Position numbers and translations under genes: made by a program | In this document: positions 22,679-34,912 of the stretch, piece by piece | How positions within the stretch are numbered: the first letter of the stretch is position 1 | How the letters are laid out: every line of letters starts with the position of its first letter | Origin: Elsinoe ampelina | Lineage: Eukaryota | Direction: 5' to 3' | Assembly (NCBI GenBank): GCA_010093995.1 | Contig: ML992506.1 | Span: 1,417,617 to 1,481,616 of the forward strand | DNA: 64,000 nt | Notes under the pieces: generated by a model | Told to the model about the DNA's origin: nothing | Database searches by the model: none | Seen by the model: only the letters and a program-made list of their open reading frames with translations

Positions 22679-25600
22679 CTAAAACACCATTCCCTCTACC
22701 TGTGCGCCTTCCAACGCTTCCTCCATGACTTCCCAAGCACGCTTCTTTCCTCTGTCTTCCTTTCCTCCATCGCCTGTAAAGTCGTCCCAGTTGATGCCAT
22801 TGGTGAAACCGGCGTCTTGTGCGTTGTCTGCCTTGCCGAAGCTCAAAAACCTCCAGAACTCTTCGTCGGTCATTTCTCGGCTTGCATTGTTGTCATCCGT
22901 ACCTTGGGAAGTGTCGCTGCCGTCGGGCGTCAGCTCAGGCACCTCGGGTGTCTTGGGCACTTCGTCGCCATAGTCAAACTCCATGGACTCGAGGTTGCCA
23001 GTGACAGAGTCGAAAGCGAATGGATCGAGGTCGTCGATAGCTTGCCCGAAGGTGAAGAGGAAATCCTCTTCGGCTCCCGCCACCGTCGCAGGCTCGACCT
23101 TCTTCTCTGCAGCCTTGGAAGCAGGTGCAGCATCGTCTGTGAGACCATACTTCTGCTCGAGATGCTCGCGCATCGTCTTCGACTTCTGCGGCGAGTCGAC
23201 AACTGGCGCCACGGTCTTGCCCGGTGTGGCTTGCTGAGTCTGCTTCTTGAGCTTGTTCGGAGAAGCAGGACTGGCAGCAGCAGCAGTCGAAGCGGGCGTG
23301 GCGACTTCCCTCTTACCCTCGGCCTTGAGAGCTTCCTTCTTCATCGTTGCTTGCCCAAGTGGCTGAGCCTTGCCAGGAACAGGCGTAGAAGCAGACGGCT
23401 TCGGCTTTGCAGCAGCCACCGCGGCAGCTTTGGCAGCCTTCTCCTTTTCATTGTCAAGCTTCGCTGCTTCGTCCAGAGTTGACATGAAGAAGTCGAATGG
23501 ATCACCGGCTGGCTTCTGGTGAGCAGTCTGGAAGTGCTTGGCTAATTGTTCCTGATTCTCGAAGCCCTTGATGCTGAACTCGCAGAAGTTGTCCTGGCAC
23601 TTGAATTTGCGCTCGGGTTCCTTCGGGCCCTCCGACTTTGGCGCCGTCTGGCGTTTCTGCTCCGGACTGGCCGTCTTGGATTGAATGACCTGTGGCGACT
23701 CTGCATTTGTCTGGGTAGGAGTTCCAGCAGCGTTACTCTTCCGCTTCTTGCTCGCAGGTATCTGCAGCTTCTCTGGGGCAAAATTGGGTTTACCGGGTGC
23801 ATACTGAGGTACTCCAGGTGGTGATCTGGCGTCGAAGCCTTGCGGAGGATGCTCAGTCGTAGGCGCCGACGGTGGCTTCGCAGTCGAGTTCTTGCGATTC
23901 TGGTTCTGCGATGCCGTGCGTGCAGCATTGTTATTCTGCGTTGGCTGTCTCTGCATCTCAGCGGCCGCCGGGGCTTGTTGCGGAGATGCTTGGGGCTGCT
24001 TCTGTTGTTGTTGCTGCTGCTGTGGCTGCTGTTGCGCCGAACCTTGAGCTGCCTTCTGAGCTTGAAGCTTTTGCTGTTGCATCTCGGCAAATTTCTGTCT
24101 CATGGTGTTGAAAAAGCTCTTGGCGGCACCATGCATCCTCATGATGTCTTGCAAAGGAAGCGAAATGTAGCCGTTGACCTGGCCATCCTTCTGCAGCTGT
24201 TGGTAGACTTGGTGTCGCATGACGAGCAGTTTACGCACGCCATCCTCACCAAAGCTCATCATTGCCATACCCCACATATTATTCTGGTCGATACGCTGGA
24301 ACATGCCATAGGTTTCCTTGAGCAGTGCGATAGCTTGTGTGAGCATTTGTGTATTCCCGGCGAAATCGATAGGCATGCCTTTCTGCATTGCCATCTGCAG
24401 CTCTTGCATAATGCCCTGCACTTTTACGTATACCTGCTGCAAGTTGACATTGTTGGGTGTCGTCGGACCTGGCGCTCTCTGATTTGGCATAGGGCCCTGC
24501 GGCTGTTGCGCATTCATCAGAGCATTGCGCTGCTGCATTTGAAATTCGTAAGCCTTGCGCTGCTCTGGATGCAGACCAGCGATTTGTTGAGGTGTGAGTT
24601 GCTGCGTTGGCGGTCGTTGCATGGGACGGTTCTGATTTCCCTGTTGAGGCATGCCCTGCTGCATCTGTTGCTGAGGTGGCTGGCCCATCTGAGGCATTTG
24701 CATACCAGACATTTGACCATGTGGCATCTGAGGTTGGCCTGGCATTTGCTGTTGCATTTGAGGTGGCATCTTCATGGGCGGCTGCTGCTGTTGCTGTTGC
24801 TGCATGTTGCGCGCCGCATTGGCTTCATTTTGCTGCTGCAGCAAAGCCGGGTTCTTCTGCTGGAGTTGTTTGAGCTTCATTTGCATCAACACCTGTCTGG
24901 TCTGCTCGTCAGTGAGACCAGATAAGTTTGGCATCTTCTGGCGCAGCATCTGAATCTCTTGTGGTGTGGGTTGAGGAATCGGTAGATTTGCCATTGTAGG
25001 CATTCCAGCGTTGACTTGCGCTTGCATATTCTGCGCTTGAGGAGGTTGAGGCATTTGCGGCTGTGATTGCGCGGTCAAGTTGGTCATCATAGCTTGAGGT
25101 GCAGTCGCCGCAGTCGAAGGGGGTTGCTGCTGGCCCTGATTAGGAGCCTGCCCTTGGGGTTGACCTTGCGCCTGGTTCTGCTTTGTTCGCATGACTTCCT
25201 CTTCCCTTTGCATCACGACTTGCTGCATCTTTTGTAGCTTCTGGAGGTTGCCGCTGGCCATGGACTGGGGGTTGTTCATGATGATCTGCTTCGCTTGACC
25301 CCATGTCGAGATAATTTCGGGAAGCCGCAAGTTTTGGATGATCGAAGGGGGCATCCTTCTCTGGTCATACATGCGCACCCTATTCTGATTCGCCATCATG
25401 CGTTGCTGATCCGTCACTGCAGCTGGACCGTTCGGCTGGCCATTCATGTTCGGCTGTGCTTGATGCTGGTTGTTCTGCATGCCTTGCGGTGCCACATTGT
25501 TCTGCTGGCCTTGTTGAGCTTGCATGCCACCTTGCTGATTTGGCTGCTGTTGCTGCTGTGGCGCTTGCTGTTGCTGTTGCTGTTGTTGCTGTTTCATGCC

Positions 25601-27316
25601 GGCTTGTCGTTGATGCCACTGCATGATTATGGGGCGTAAGCGCTCTTCTGGCATCGTCGCCAACTTTTGTTGCAGTTGGATGGGCATATCGGGAGGAATC
25701 TGAATATTTTGTCTCTGCTGGTTAAACTGATTGCCGGCCATGTTTGCTTGCTGAGGGGGTCCACTCATATTCTGCTGTTGCTGCTGTTGAGGTTGTGCAG
25801 GTGTCTGTTGAGGCGTGTTCTGGTTCTGCTGTTGTCCGGGAGGTACCATTGGACGATTCAGCATTGACATTGCTGGGCTTCTCTGTGGTGGCTGGTTGAC
25901 ATTGAGTCCTTGACCGCGAAGTTGCATCTGCTGTGGTGTCATGTTCTGCGCGGCGTTCCGGATTTGGGCTTGAGCTTGAGCTTGAGCTTGTGCTTGAATC
26001 TGGTTGTTCCGTAGTTGCTGCTGTTGCTGCGCCTGACGCTGCTGAAGCAACTGCTGGAACTGCATCGGAGTCATGTTGGGCGGTATTTGCATGCCGGCCA
26101 TGTTGACTTGTTGATTCCCGCCCATACCGTGATTATTGTTATTGTTGTTCATGCCATTCATGTTGTTGCTTGCCGGTACGACAAGCTCGCCAGCACCCTG
26201 CATTTTCATAGCATCTGCTTGTTGACCAATCAGAGCAGAGAAATCAACCTCGCCATTCGATTGTTGACCTGCTTGTTGTTGCATCTGTGGCTGGTTCGGG
26301 CGTTGCATGCCCTGCATGTTCGGGTTCTGCTGGCCAGGCTGACCTTGACGGGCTTTATTGTGGACGTGCTTCTTCATGGCCATCTGATAAAAGTGCCGTT
26401 GAAGTGGGTCGCCACCTTTGTTCTGTTGAGGACCCATAGAGTTGATGACTTTTTCTCGCATAGCCTTTTGTTGATCCAATGGTACCTGTGCCATCATTTG
26501 TCTGGCCATCTCGACAACTGCCATGTGCTCTTCTTGCGAAAGATTGCCAGGTCGGTTGTTGTTCTGTCTTTGCTGTTGTTGTTGTTGTTGTTGTTGTTGT
26601 TGCTGCTGCTGCTGTTGCTGCTGCATATTTTGCTGGTTCATATTTGCCATTGGATTCTGCTGGCCCATCATATTCATGGGCGACGCTTGCATAGGCATAC
26701 CCATCTGACCTCCCATGTTGGGCATCTGGGGCGTGAAGCCATTCGGCATCTCGCCTTGATGTGATCGACTTTGCTGCATGGGAGTTTGAGGAAAGAAGCC
26801 AGGTTGCTGTGCTTGATTGTTCATGGCCATCATCTGGGTGTTTGCCTTTTGCGCCCGCACGGTGTTGATCTCACCGATCTTGTTGGCTAACGACGCCTGC
26901 CACATTTCCTGGACGGGATTAGCAAGCAGCAAACCGGGCCCAGCAGATCTTGACGTACTTTGTTGTGCGCACTCAAAAGTGTCTGGTTTTCGAATTTCAG
27001 GGCTGTGGTTACACATTGCCAGATCTCGGTGTTAAGGTGTCGAAGGCAAGTGACACTGGGAGGAAAAGGATCAGTAAGAGGCGGAGGCGGGGCGCAATAA
27101 GAAAGTTGCTCACAGCTCCATGATTTTGGCGGCACGCTCCCGCGGGTCTAGCGTAGCCTGCCATCCTGTAATGTTTGCCGAGTTTTGGGAGACTTGCTCG
27201 AGGATTTTGGCGAATATCTGCTCGTTGTTGTTGCCAGGTTGGGGTCTCTGCATATGGTTCATCTGCATCTGGGCCTGTGGCATGACGCCATTCATGTTGA
27301 AGGCGTTCGGATCCAT
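22679..27316 (-). CDS. MED15: Gln-rich Mediator subunit 15 (Gal11-like), 3 exons
   Basis: The spliced N-terminus forms a KIX-like domain (GWQATLDPRERAAKIMEL/VTCLRH...ALKFENQTLLSAHNK/EMWQASLANKIGEI). It is followed by long polyQ tracts and a C2H2-like motif. Confidence 0.7.
26571..26623 (-). repeat. CAG/CAA trinucleotide tract encoding polyQ in MED15
   Basis: (TGT/TGC)n run on the + strand. Confidence 0.9.
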
Positions 27317-29134
27317 GTTCCTATACGGGCAGGACTGGTTGAGCAGCGAGCACTAGCACATGACAAGACTGTCAGAGGTGTGCGATTGGGCGTCAAGTTG
27401 CCTGCAGCCGCATGTAGGTGTAGGCTGGGATGGTCTAATTGGTGGACCGCCGACGCTCCTCTTTGATTGCCTGGCGAAAGGGCTGATTCTGGTGCAACTG
27501 CACTTTGCAAGGCAGAGCTGGGAGGCTCAAGCCACGATCTGGCGAGCAGCACCACACAGAGGGGCAGTATATTTCAGATCATACACAAGTGGTATTGTTG
27601 CGCTTCCCGAACAGCGGTATGGTCTATCCGTCTTTTGCTCTGTCTCTAACGCGCCGCGATCCTGTTCAGCTTGCCGGTCTCGTGCTGCCTCGAATCGGCT
27701 GGCGTGAAGCGGGCTTTGTGCGACCTCTCGCGCAGATCCGGGGGGTTGATTGGCGCGGGTAGATTGTAACACGAGAGATGCGTGTGATGTGCTATAGTCG
27801 AGTCGGGAGTTGGATTCAGGAGATTGAGACGGCAAGAAGAGCGAACAGGACTAGATTCTAGAGACCAGGCTTAGGTCAGGCGGTGCACGTAAACCTGACT
27901 TGGCCTGATTGAATGTATGGTCGCAGGTGTAGAATATGCTGCACTGCCGAGTGTGTTAGAAATTGCGAAGCTGCGATAGTAAATGACAATAGCAGCAGTC
28001 CAGCGACAACAGGCAGCGGCAGCGAGCAAGAGTCGTGATTATCGCGAGAAAGACGACGTGTGAGGTTTGCGGGTGGCAGATGTGGGATGATGGACATGTC
28101 TTCTCACGCACGACACCGCACCGCCGTAGGCCCAGTAGGGACCCAGTAGGGATCCAGTAGTAGGGATCCAGTAGGGACTAGTCGGTGCAGAGTCAAGAGA
28201 GGGTCACAGGCATCGCAATGCAACGGCTCAAACTCTAATTTGCCAGCAGCCTTGGACTCTGCTCCCAATTCGTCGTTGCTTCCTATTTTTAAGTAACCGG
28301 TCCTTTCTATGAGGATGAGTCCAGCGTCCTGTCATTTGCCATGGGACGAGATGGATCTGATCTGTTCGGTTCGTGTTATCATCTATCAGACAAAAAGCTG
28401 GTCTATCTTGTTGGTGTGGAAAAAAAAGGAAGACCGTTTCTGATGATCAACGTCGTTCCCAAATGGTGGATCCTGTGGCGCCCGCAAAAAGGACCAGGTC
28501 AGGGCACGTTCGTCGCGGGCTGCAGCTATCAACCAAGAAGATTCTGATCAGCGTCAACATGTGAGATCGTCGCTCGCCTTGCTCAAACCATTCCCCGACC
28601 ATCCGCGACTAACACTCATCGCGACGACGACCCGGGCTACAGCTCACATTCTTCAGCTGGCGAGGTCTTCGAATCGATGCAACAAGCTTCTGCCCTAAAG
28701 TGCACCAATCGACCGTGCGCCATTATTGTGAAGATTGATAGATTCGAGCCCCTTTGACGACCTCCCCAAGGCCAAACACCGAGAAGGCATTGTTTCACAC
28801 CCTTCACTCTTTGGGCTGGACTCATATCTCTGATACTCGACAAGACTCGAATCTCGCATGCAGTCTCCCGTTATGGTCAAGTAACGTCATTGGTCATGGA
28901 CCATTTGCTTCACGTGGCCCTTTTCCATGAAGCAATGCCATTCGATACACCGTGCGCATATCAAAAACCTAGATCGCCAGTGTCTCTCGGCAGCGCTTTG
29001 CTAGTCCCCTGTCAAGTGAAAGTGATTTTATTAAAATGGTTCCAATTCTGCGCGATTTCCCCGGATCGACTTTTTGATTCTGGTAGCGTTTGGCGACGAA
29101 CCATCGGGACGTCTAGCCTTGCATGCAGACATCT

Positions 29135-30628
29135 CTACCTGATCTTGTACAAGCACGGCTTCAGCACTTTTGCTTCAGCCTCAACATCGATGTCATCGCT
29201 CTCGACGAATCGTTTCTTACCTCCTCTGTCCGCAGCCTTCTGGTCCTGTTTCACATTTCTGCCTACTGTCGGAGCCGCAGCCTTGACGAATTCCATCCTC
29301 ACAAACATCTTGTTGCTGAGATCGATGCTTTGCTCACCCTTCCTCAGCACAAAACCTCTCCGCGCGAGAACCTCCACAAATGCACTAACATCTGTCTCCT
29401 CCTTCCTCTCCTCACCATCTACCTCCATCCTCAACTCCTCCTCCTCCCCCTTCTCCCTCTCCTCCACCTCTTTCCGCCCCTCCTTCTTTCCCTGCCCCTG
29501 ACCCTTCCTCCTCTTCCCCACCGAGTGCTCCACCACCTTATTCTTTCCCCCTCTCCCAAACCTCGACTTGATCTCCGCCACCCACAGCTCCCCCTTCCAC
29601 CTCAACACCCTCCACGCCTCCTCCACAAACTCCACCCAATTCGTCCCCATCAACGCCAGACAAAACACCGCCACATCCACCTCCCCGTCCCTCAGCGGCA
29701 AATTCGCCACATCCGCCTTCGTCACCCACTCATTCGGCGCCGCGAGATCAAAGCTCCTCACCGTCACGCCCAATTTCTTCCCCACCCTTCCCCCCATCAC
29801 CCTCCTTGCCATCTCCGCATCCCCACACCCCAAATCCGCAATCGTACACTTCTCCCTCGTCCTCGGCAACGCCTCCACTTCCTCCTTCCCACCGTTCACC
29901 TCGGACAACTCCCCGCTGCCTTTGCCGAACTTGGCCTGCCGTCGCAGCTTCGCAGGATTGATCTTCGCCCGCGCCTCGATGGTGGCGATGAAGACTTCCA
30001 CGGGGTTCTGCGGCCAGACGGAGACTTGTTGCCTGAAGCCGGCGTGGTAGTCTGCGAAGACGGACGGGGAGTCGGCGAAGAGAGCCACGGATGAGGAGGA
30101 GGGCGTGGTGTAGAGGGTTTCGTTGAGGTGGCGGAAGCGGGCGGAGATGAGTTTGGCGCGCATTTTTTGTTGGAGTGGGGTGAGGGCTGGTGGTGGGGCG
30201 GAGGATTGGAGGGTGGTGGCGACGGTCGCGGGCTTGGTCTTTGGGGTTGCGTTCGCGGCGGATTTGGAACTCGTGGTCGCGTTACCATCGAGCTCTACCT
30301 CGGATCCCGGCGGTGTTGGCACATCCTGTAGTCGTGACTTTCCCAGCGGCTCGTTGTTGGCGTTAGGATGCTTGTCTTTCGACTTGTGGTCTTTCGATTT
30401 CTTCGCTTTTTTCGAAGGCTTATCGCGGGTCTTATTCTGTGTTTGTTCCCCAGATCGCTTGGATGAGTTCTCACTTGCATCACCATTCTGGTTGCCAGAT
30501 TTTCGCTTCCGCTTGCGAGAAGTTTTGCCTTCTGCGTCAACACCGGAAGGATCTGCCTTCCTGGCATGTGCTTCTGTCTGTCGCTTCGGAGCTGACGCTT
30601 GGAGCGACCAGCCTGGTACAGCGAACAT
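29135..30628 (-). CDS. RRP8: 25S rRNA adenine-N1 methyltransferase Rrp8
   Basis: MFAVPGWS start, ARFRHLNETLYT, IADLGCGDA, VFCLALMGTNW and LKPCLYKIR end. Confidence 0.95.
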   Translation of the reverse strand: MFAVPGWSLQASAPKRQTEAHARKADPSGVDAEGKTSRKRKRKSGNQNGDASENSSKRSGEQTQNKTRDKPSKKAKKSKDHKSKDKHPNANNEPLGKSRLQDVPTPPGSEVELDGNATTSSKSAANATPKTKPATVATTLQSSAPPPALTPLQQKMRAKLISARFRHLNETLYTTPSSSSVALFADSPSVFADYHAGFRQQVSVWPQNPVEVFIATIEARAKINPAKLRRQAKFGKGSGELSEVNGGKEEVEALPRTREKCTIADLGCGDAEMARRVMGGRVGKKLGVTVRSFDLAAPNEWVTKADVANLPLRDGEVDVAVFCLALMGTNWVEFVEEAWRVLRWKGELWVAEIKSRFGRGGKNKVVEHSVGKRRKGQGQGKKEGRKEVEEREKGEEEELRMEVDGEERKEETDVSAFVEVLARRGFVLRKGEQSIDLSNKMFVRMEFVKAAAPTVGRNVKQDQKAADRGGKKRFVESDDIDVEAEAKVLKPCLYKIR

Positions 30629-31075
30629 CTTGCTCAATTTTTGTGAGAGGGCAGAGCTCGTCGACGTCTGAGTGGGAGTGGGAGGAAATTTTGGAGGATC
30701 GTTATGCGCGGGGAAATAGCCGCGCTTAGCGCCACACAGAAGCATGCCTCATCTCAGGTAGTTTAAATGTCAATTTGAAAATACAACAATCGATATCATC
30801 TCCAATTCATCCGCGCTGTCCCCTGGCGAGATCTCCACAACGCACAGGAATCTAGGCGATGCCTGTCTCGCTGCCCTTGCTGGGTCCGGGCAACCGCTCA
30901 TAGAACACAAAGGACGCCGCCAGTAATGATCCAGATATCCCCCCCCGAAATGAATCACCACACAGAACATCGTCATGAAACAAGTAAACTGCATGATTAT
31001 CCCTTCTATATGTCTCATGCCCGTCTCGGAGATCCAAAAATACCAGCGTGGGTTTCCCAGTGATCATCCAAGGCA

Positions 31076-34000
31076 TCAAGTCCGGAGACTACTCGACAGA
31101 TCCTTGAGCACATACAACTGATCATATAGATCTGTAACGTCGCAAAAATACCGGAACAGCCGGAACCCTCTCAAGCGCTTGCTCTCCACCCGGCCTCCTG
31201 GCGTCGGAGTAGCCACAAATTTCTCCAGCCTGTCCAATGTATCCCGTAGGAAATCCTGCTCATACTCTCCCAAGGATAGCAGTGCTTTCTTCTTCGCCTT
31301 TGTCGGATCATGTCCACTTGCAGTCGTCTGGCGAAATTCAGGGTAGTGCATGGAGTTCACATTGTGTTCCGCTGTGTCCCGCGCAAGAGAGCCGTAGTCG
31401 TTGTAGATTCGGCACATGGTCGTCAGATGGCGGGCGGCTGCAGCTGCGAGATACTTCTCCTCTGCGGTGCGGAAGACTTCGCCTCCGTCCACTATAGAAG
31501 AGGAAATCAGACATAGCATGAAAGACAGTGAGTAGGCGCAAGCTACATGGTCGCCACCGGTCGTACGCACGTATTGGAAGAGGGTCTGGCTGGGGGAGTG
31601 CAATTCATCCCAACTCTCCTGAGCAGCGAATAGTCGGTTCTCGTCTGACTGGTCGCAGTGTGCGTGTAGGAAGGCTCGCAGTTCTCGATGAAGTTCGGAC
31701 TGTGAGGTTGGGTGAGCATTGATGACAGACGGATGTTTCAAGATGTAGCTTATGAAGCGAATCAGCCCAGCAGACATCTCTGGCATAGAGATCGCTGCTT
31801 CTTGGGCCGTCGGCGACTGAGCAGCCGTATCATGTTTGGAGATACCATTGCTCAGTCCTGCGCATGCCGTGATGGTCTGTTGCAGGACGTCATCGACGAG
31901 TCTTTTGAGGTCGCTGCCACTCTGGTAGTGACCAGCCATTGCATGAGATTCAAAGAATTCGTCGACCTGATAGCCATACATGGACAGGAGCATCATGTCC
32001 AGAGTCAGGCTCGGGGAAGTATGGATGCCGATTCTGTTACTGCAAATGACCCAGGTGTATGGTATGATGTCGATGTAGTCATCAGGAGTCAGCATTGTCC
32101 CATCGCGAGGGAAGATGGCCTGTTTCTCCTTTCGAAGGAGCGGAAGGAATAGTGCTGACTCAGTGAGGGATGCTGAGATTTGCCACAGGGGAGTCGCTTG
32201 CAACAGAGGGAGACGTTTCGAAGTTTCCAGGTAAGTGATGAACTTCTTCATGGGTATAAAGTCTTCTCGCTTCGGTCCGAATGGAGTCCTGTCAGATAGA
32301 TCTAGAGCCATCTTCCGGGCGGCGAGTATGTAAGCCCTCCCGACCAAGTCTACAGAATATACCGTCTTCGATGTCCAATTCTGTCCCTCCTGAGCTTCGG
32401 GACCGTCTAGGTAGCGAATGCCAGCTTGGATCGCCACTCGTAGATCAGACCGCATGTCAAAGAACAGATTGAGGCGCCAAGCTCGAGCCAATGTGCATAT
32501 GGCATGAGCTGTTTGTTCTGTGCATCCGTTCCAGGATCCGTCCTGATTCTGCGCAAGTAGTGTCCGGAGACAAGTCTGAAATAGCACGATGTAGACTCTG
32601 TGCTGTTCATCGAAGGTCAGTAGCTGATCCAACTTCTGCTTATCTTGCAATCGAAGCAGTTCCGAGAATGCCTCGACGAGCAGCATCGACGGATACGAGG
32701 ATGTCATGTGCTACGGACAGAGCGAGTCAGCGTCTTCCTCATGATCTCTCGTATAGCGTCCACCTCACCCATTTATCTTTGACCGGACCGTCTCGATAGA
32801 AGAGGAAGTCACACAAGAACTTTGTGGCCTTGTGGATCTGAGCACGATAGGGACACAAATCACTCTCTTGCGCAAGAAGAGAGAGCAGTACATGGCAATT
32901 GGATGTGAAACTTGGATCTCGCTCTGATCCAAATGTGGTGAAGTGATCGTCCCTCTCGAAGACTTTAATCATCGGTCTGGGATCAGCTGGGGTGTTGCGG
33001 CGCATCGAAGTCAAAGCAAGGAGCCCTTTCGCAGTGTCGTCAACGTCGGCAGTACGAGGTGCTTATTGAAAGTCAGTCTGCAGCAATCCAAGGGAGATCT
33101 GATAGTGTACCGAAACCGATCACGCCCTTCCCGGCTTGAAAGGCTTCTTCAAGAGTTCGACCGAGACAGTCAAGAGCGGGACTACCCAAATCTTCATAAG
33201 TGAAGCAATCCCGGAGAAGCGTTGCTGTGACCTTTGGCTGTTTTTAGGGCTTGCAAACAAGTCAATGAACAATTTGATACTCACCCAACTGTACTCGAAG
33301 TTCGTGATTGGGCATGTACCGGGGATGCCTCCCAGATTCTGCCCAGCGGTTCGATCAAGGATATGAGTCAAGTAGGCTTCTGCTGTCACATCGTACGTAG
33401 ATGCACCAATCAGGTATGCCGCAGTGGAAGAAGGGGAAGCCATCATGGAGCCATGATAAAGATGGTGGCTAACACGATCGAAATCTATCTTCCCCAGGAA
33501 TGCTTCCAGAGAATGCAGAGCGGACGACGGCCGACTGCCATACAGGCTTGAGACGTCAAAATTGCGCAGTTTCTCGGCGTTCATTCTTAATAGATCCTCC
33601 TCGGCGGTAAATCGAGTGCTGCGGAGCAGAGGATCGACCTGTCGGAGCTGCTCAAGCAAAGACGGAAGGATGAGCTCCACACCAATATGATTCGATTCGA
33701 CTAGATCATCCCATTGCTGCAGTTGAGATACAAGGCTTTTGCTTGCCCTTTCAATTCGATCCTGCAGGTCCATGCGGGTAACGTCCATGATCTGCAGTGG
33801 TCGATCCAAATGGCGGTACAAGGTAAGAAGCGCAGCTGCAGTGTCGAGAATGCCTGCGGTCCTCGATGATTTCGCTACTCCCCATCCCCCATCGCTTGCC
33901 TGAGCTCGCAGGATGTATTGAAAGCTCAGTGGGAAAGCCCATGTGTCTTCGCCAGTCTCCAGACGCTTCACAACCATAGCAACCCATGCTGTGTCATATA

Positions 34001-34124
34001 CCTGACAGCTTGCAGTACTGAGTCCATAGAAGGGGTCTGTCTTGTTGCATACTTCCGTAATGAGATCTTTAGCGCTGTCCAGCAACTTCTGAGGGCTTGC
34101 CCCTTCAGATATTCCTTCGAGCAT
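31076..34124 (-). CDS. cps/ks: Bifunctional ent-copalyl diphosphate / ent-kaurene synthase (4 exons)
   Basis: SCQVYDTAWVAMV, SMMASPSSTAAYL, class II ADVDDTAK, class I DEFFE and RIYNDYGS motifs. Three canonical introns restore the frame. Confidence 0.93.
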
Positions 34125-34275
34125 TCCGAATGACAATCGGGCAAGCGTAATGTCTGGGATGAGATGTCGCCGAGGATACGGGTATGCTGAGGAATGTGGT
34201 GGTAAGCTATAGAGCACTTGTGATAAAGACTTGGATGGGGACGCGTAAAAGCGACAACAACGATGCTGTCCTATA

Positions 34276-34433
34276 ACGTTTGTGACGGGGACACGACCCC
34301 TACCTAGAAGCGACCCCTTCCGCAAATGGAAAGCTCGAGAAGCTCCACAATTTGTCCAGTCCACAAATCACATAATTGAGGTCCGCCAAGAGGGGTCGCT
34401 TCTGGGTAGGGGTCGTATCCCCGTCACAAACGT
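34276..34433. mobile_element. MITE with ACGT termini (pogo/Fot1-like) and TA flanks
   Basis: About 43-bp TIRs ACGTTTGTGACGGGGA(C/T)ACGACCCCTACC(T/C)AGAAGCGACCCCT with 2 mismatches. TA at 34274-5 and 34434-5. Confidence 0.85.
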
Positions 34434-34724
34434 TAGCCTGGCGTCCGTCTGCTGTGGCAATGAATATGACTCGCGCAAAAGTACGTATTAAGCACTTCAG
34501 GGCAGTAACGTATTGGGCAAGAGCGTGGAGTGAATTGCGATTCAACGGACTTTGCCGACTGGTTCCCATAAATGATGCCCACGGCCCACCTCTGGCACTG
34601 GTCCCGGACCAAGCACGTAGTGGGGGGCCGTAAGTAATTAAGTCACCATTTGAAATCGCAGTAGGGCTTTGTACAACTCTGTCCGCTGGACCACAAGCTT
34701 GCGATAGCAACGCTCCGTGCGTTA

Positions 34725-34851
34725 ACGTCAGAGAGGTACCTTCGACCACGTTCCCCCTTCGAGCAGCCAGGGCCAAAACTTGGGTCTTCTTGGCGGCTTT
34801 TGCCGATAGGTGGTCGAAGGGGGGACGTGATCGAAGGTACCTCTCTGACGT
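34725..34851. mobile_element. Second, unrelated MITE with ACGT termini and TA flanks
   Basis: About 38-bp TIRs beginning ACGTCAGAGAGGTACCTTCGA. TA at 34723-4 and 34852-3. Confidence 0.85.
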
Positions 34852-34912
34852 TACAGTGGGTGCGCCCTCGAGTAGGTGTATCAGCTTGTGATCCAATTCA
34901 AAGAACAGGAGG

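Noticed and set aside
26523..26708. Poly-Cys ORF
   Set aside because: It is the antisense reading of the MED15 polyQ tract.
27320..29130. Intergenic region as telomerase RNA, U3, U14 or snR30
   Set aside because: I found no TAACCCTAA-type template, no U3 box A, no U14 A/B domains, and no properly placed m1/m2 plus ACA. Only a generic C/D-like candidate is retained.
34125..34491. N-terminal extension of the CPS/KS ORF and an opposite-strand ORF sharing GSLLGRGR.PVTNV
   Set aside because: Both are translations of the two arms of the 34276-34433 MITE.
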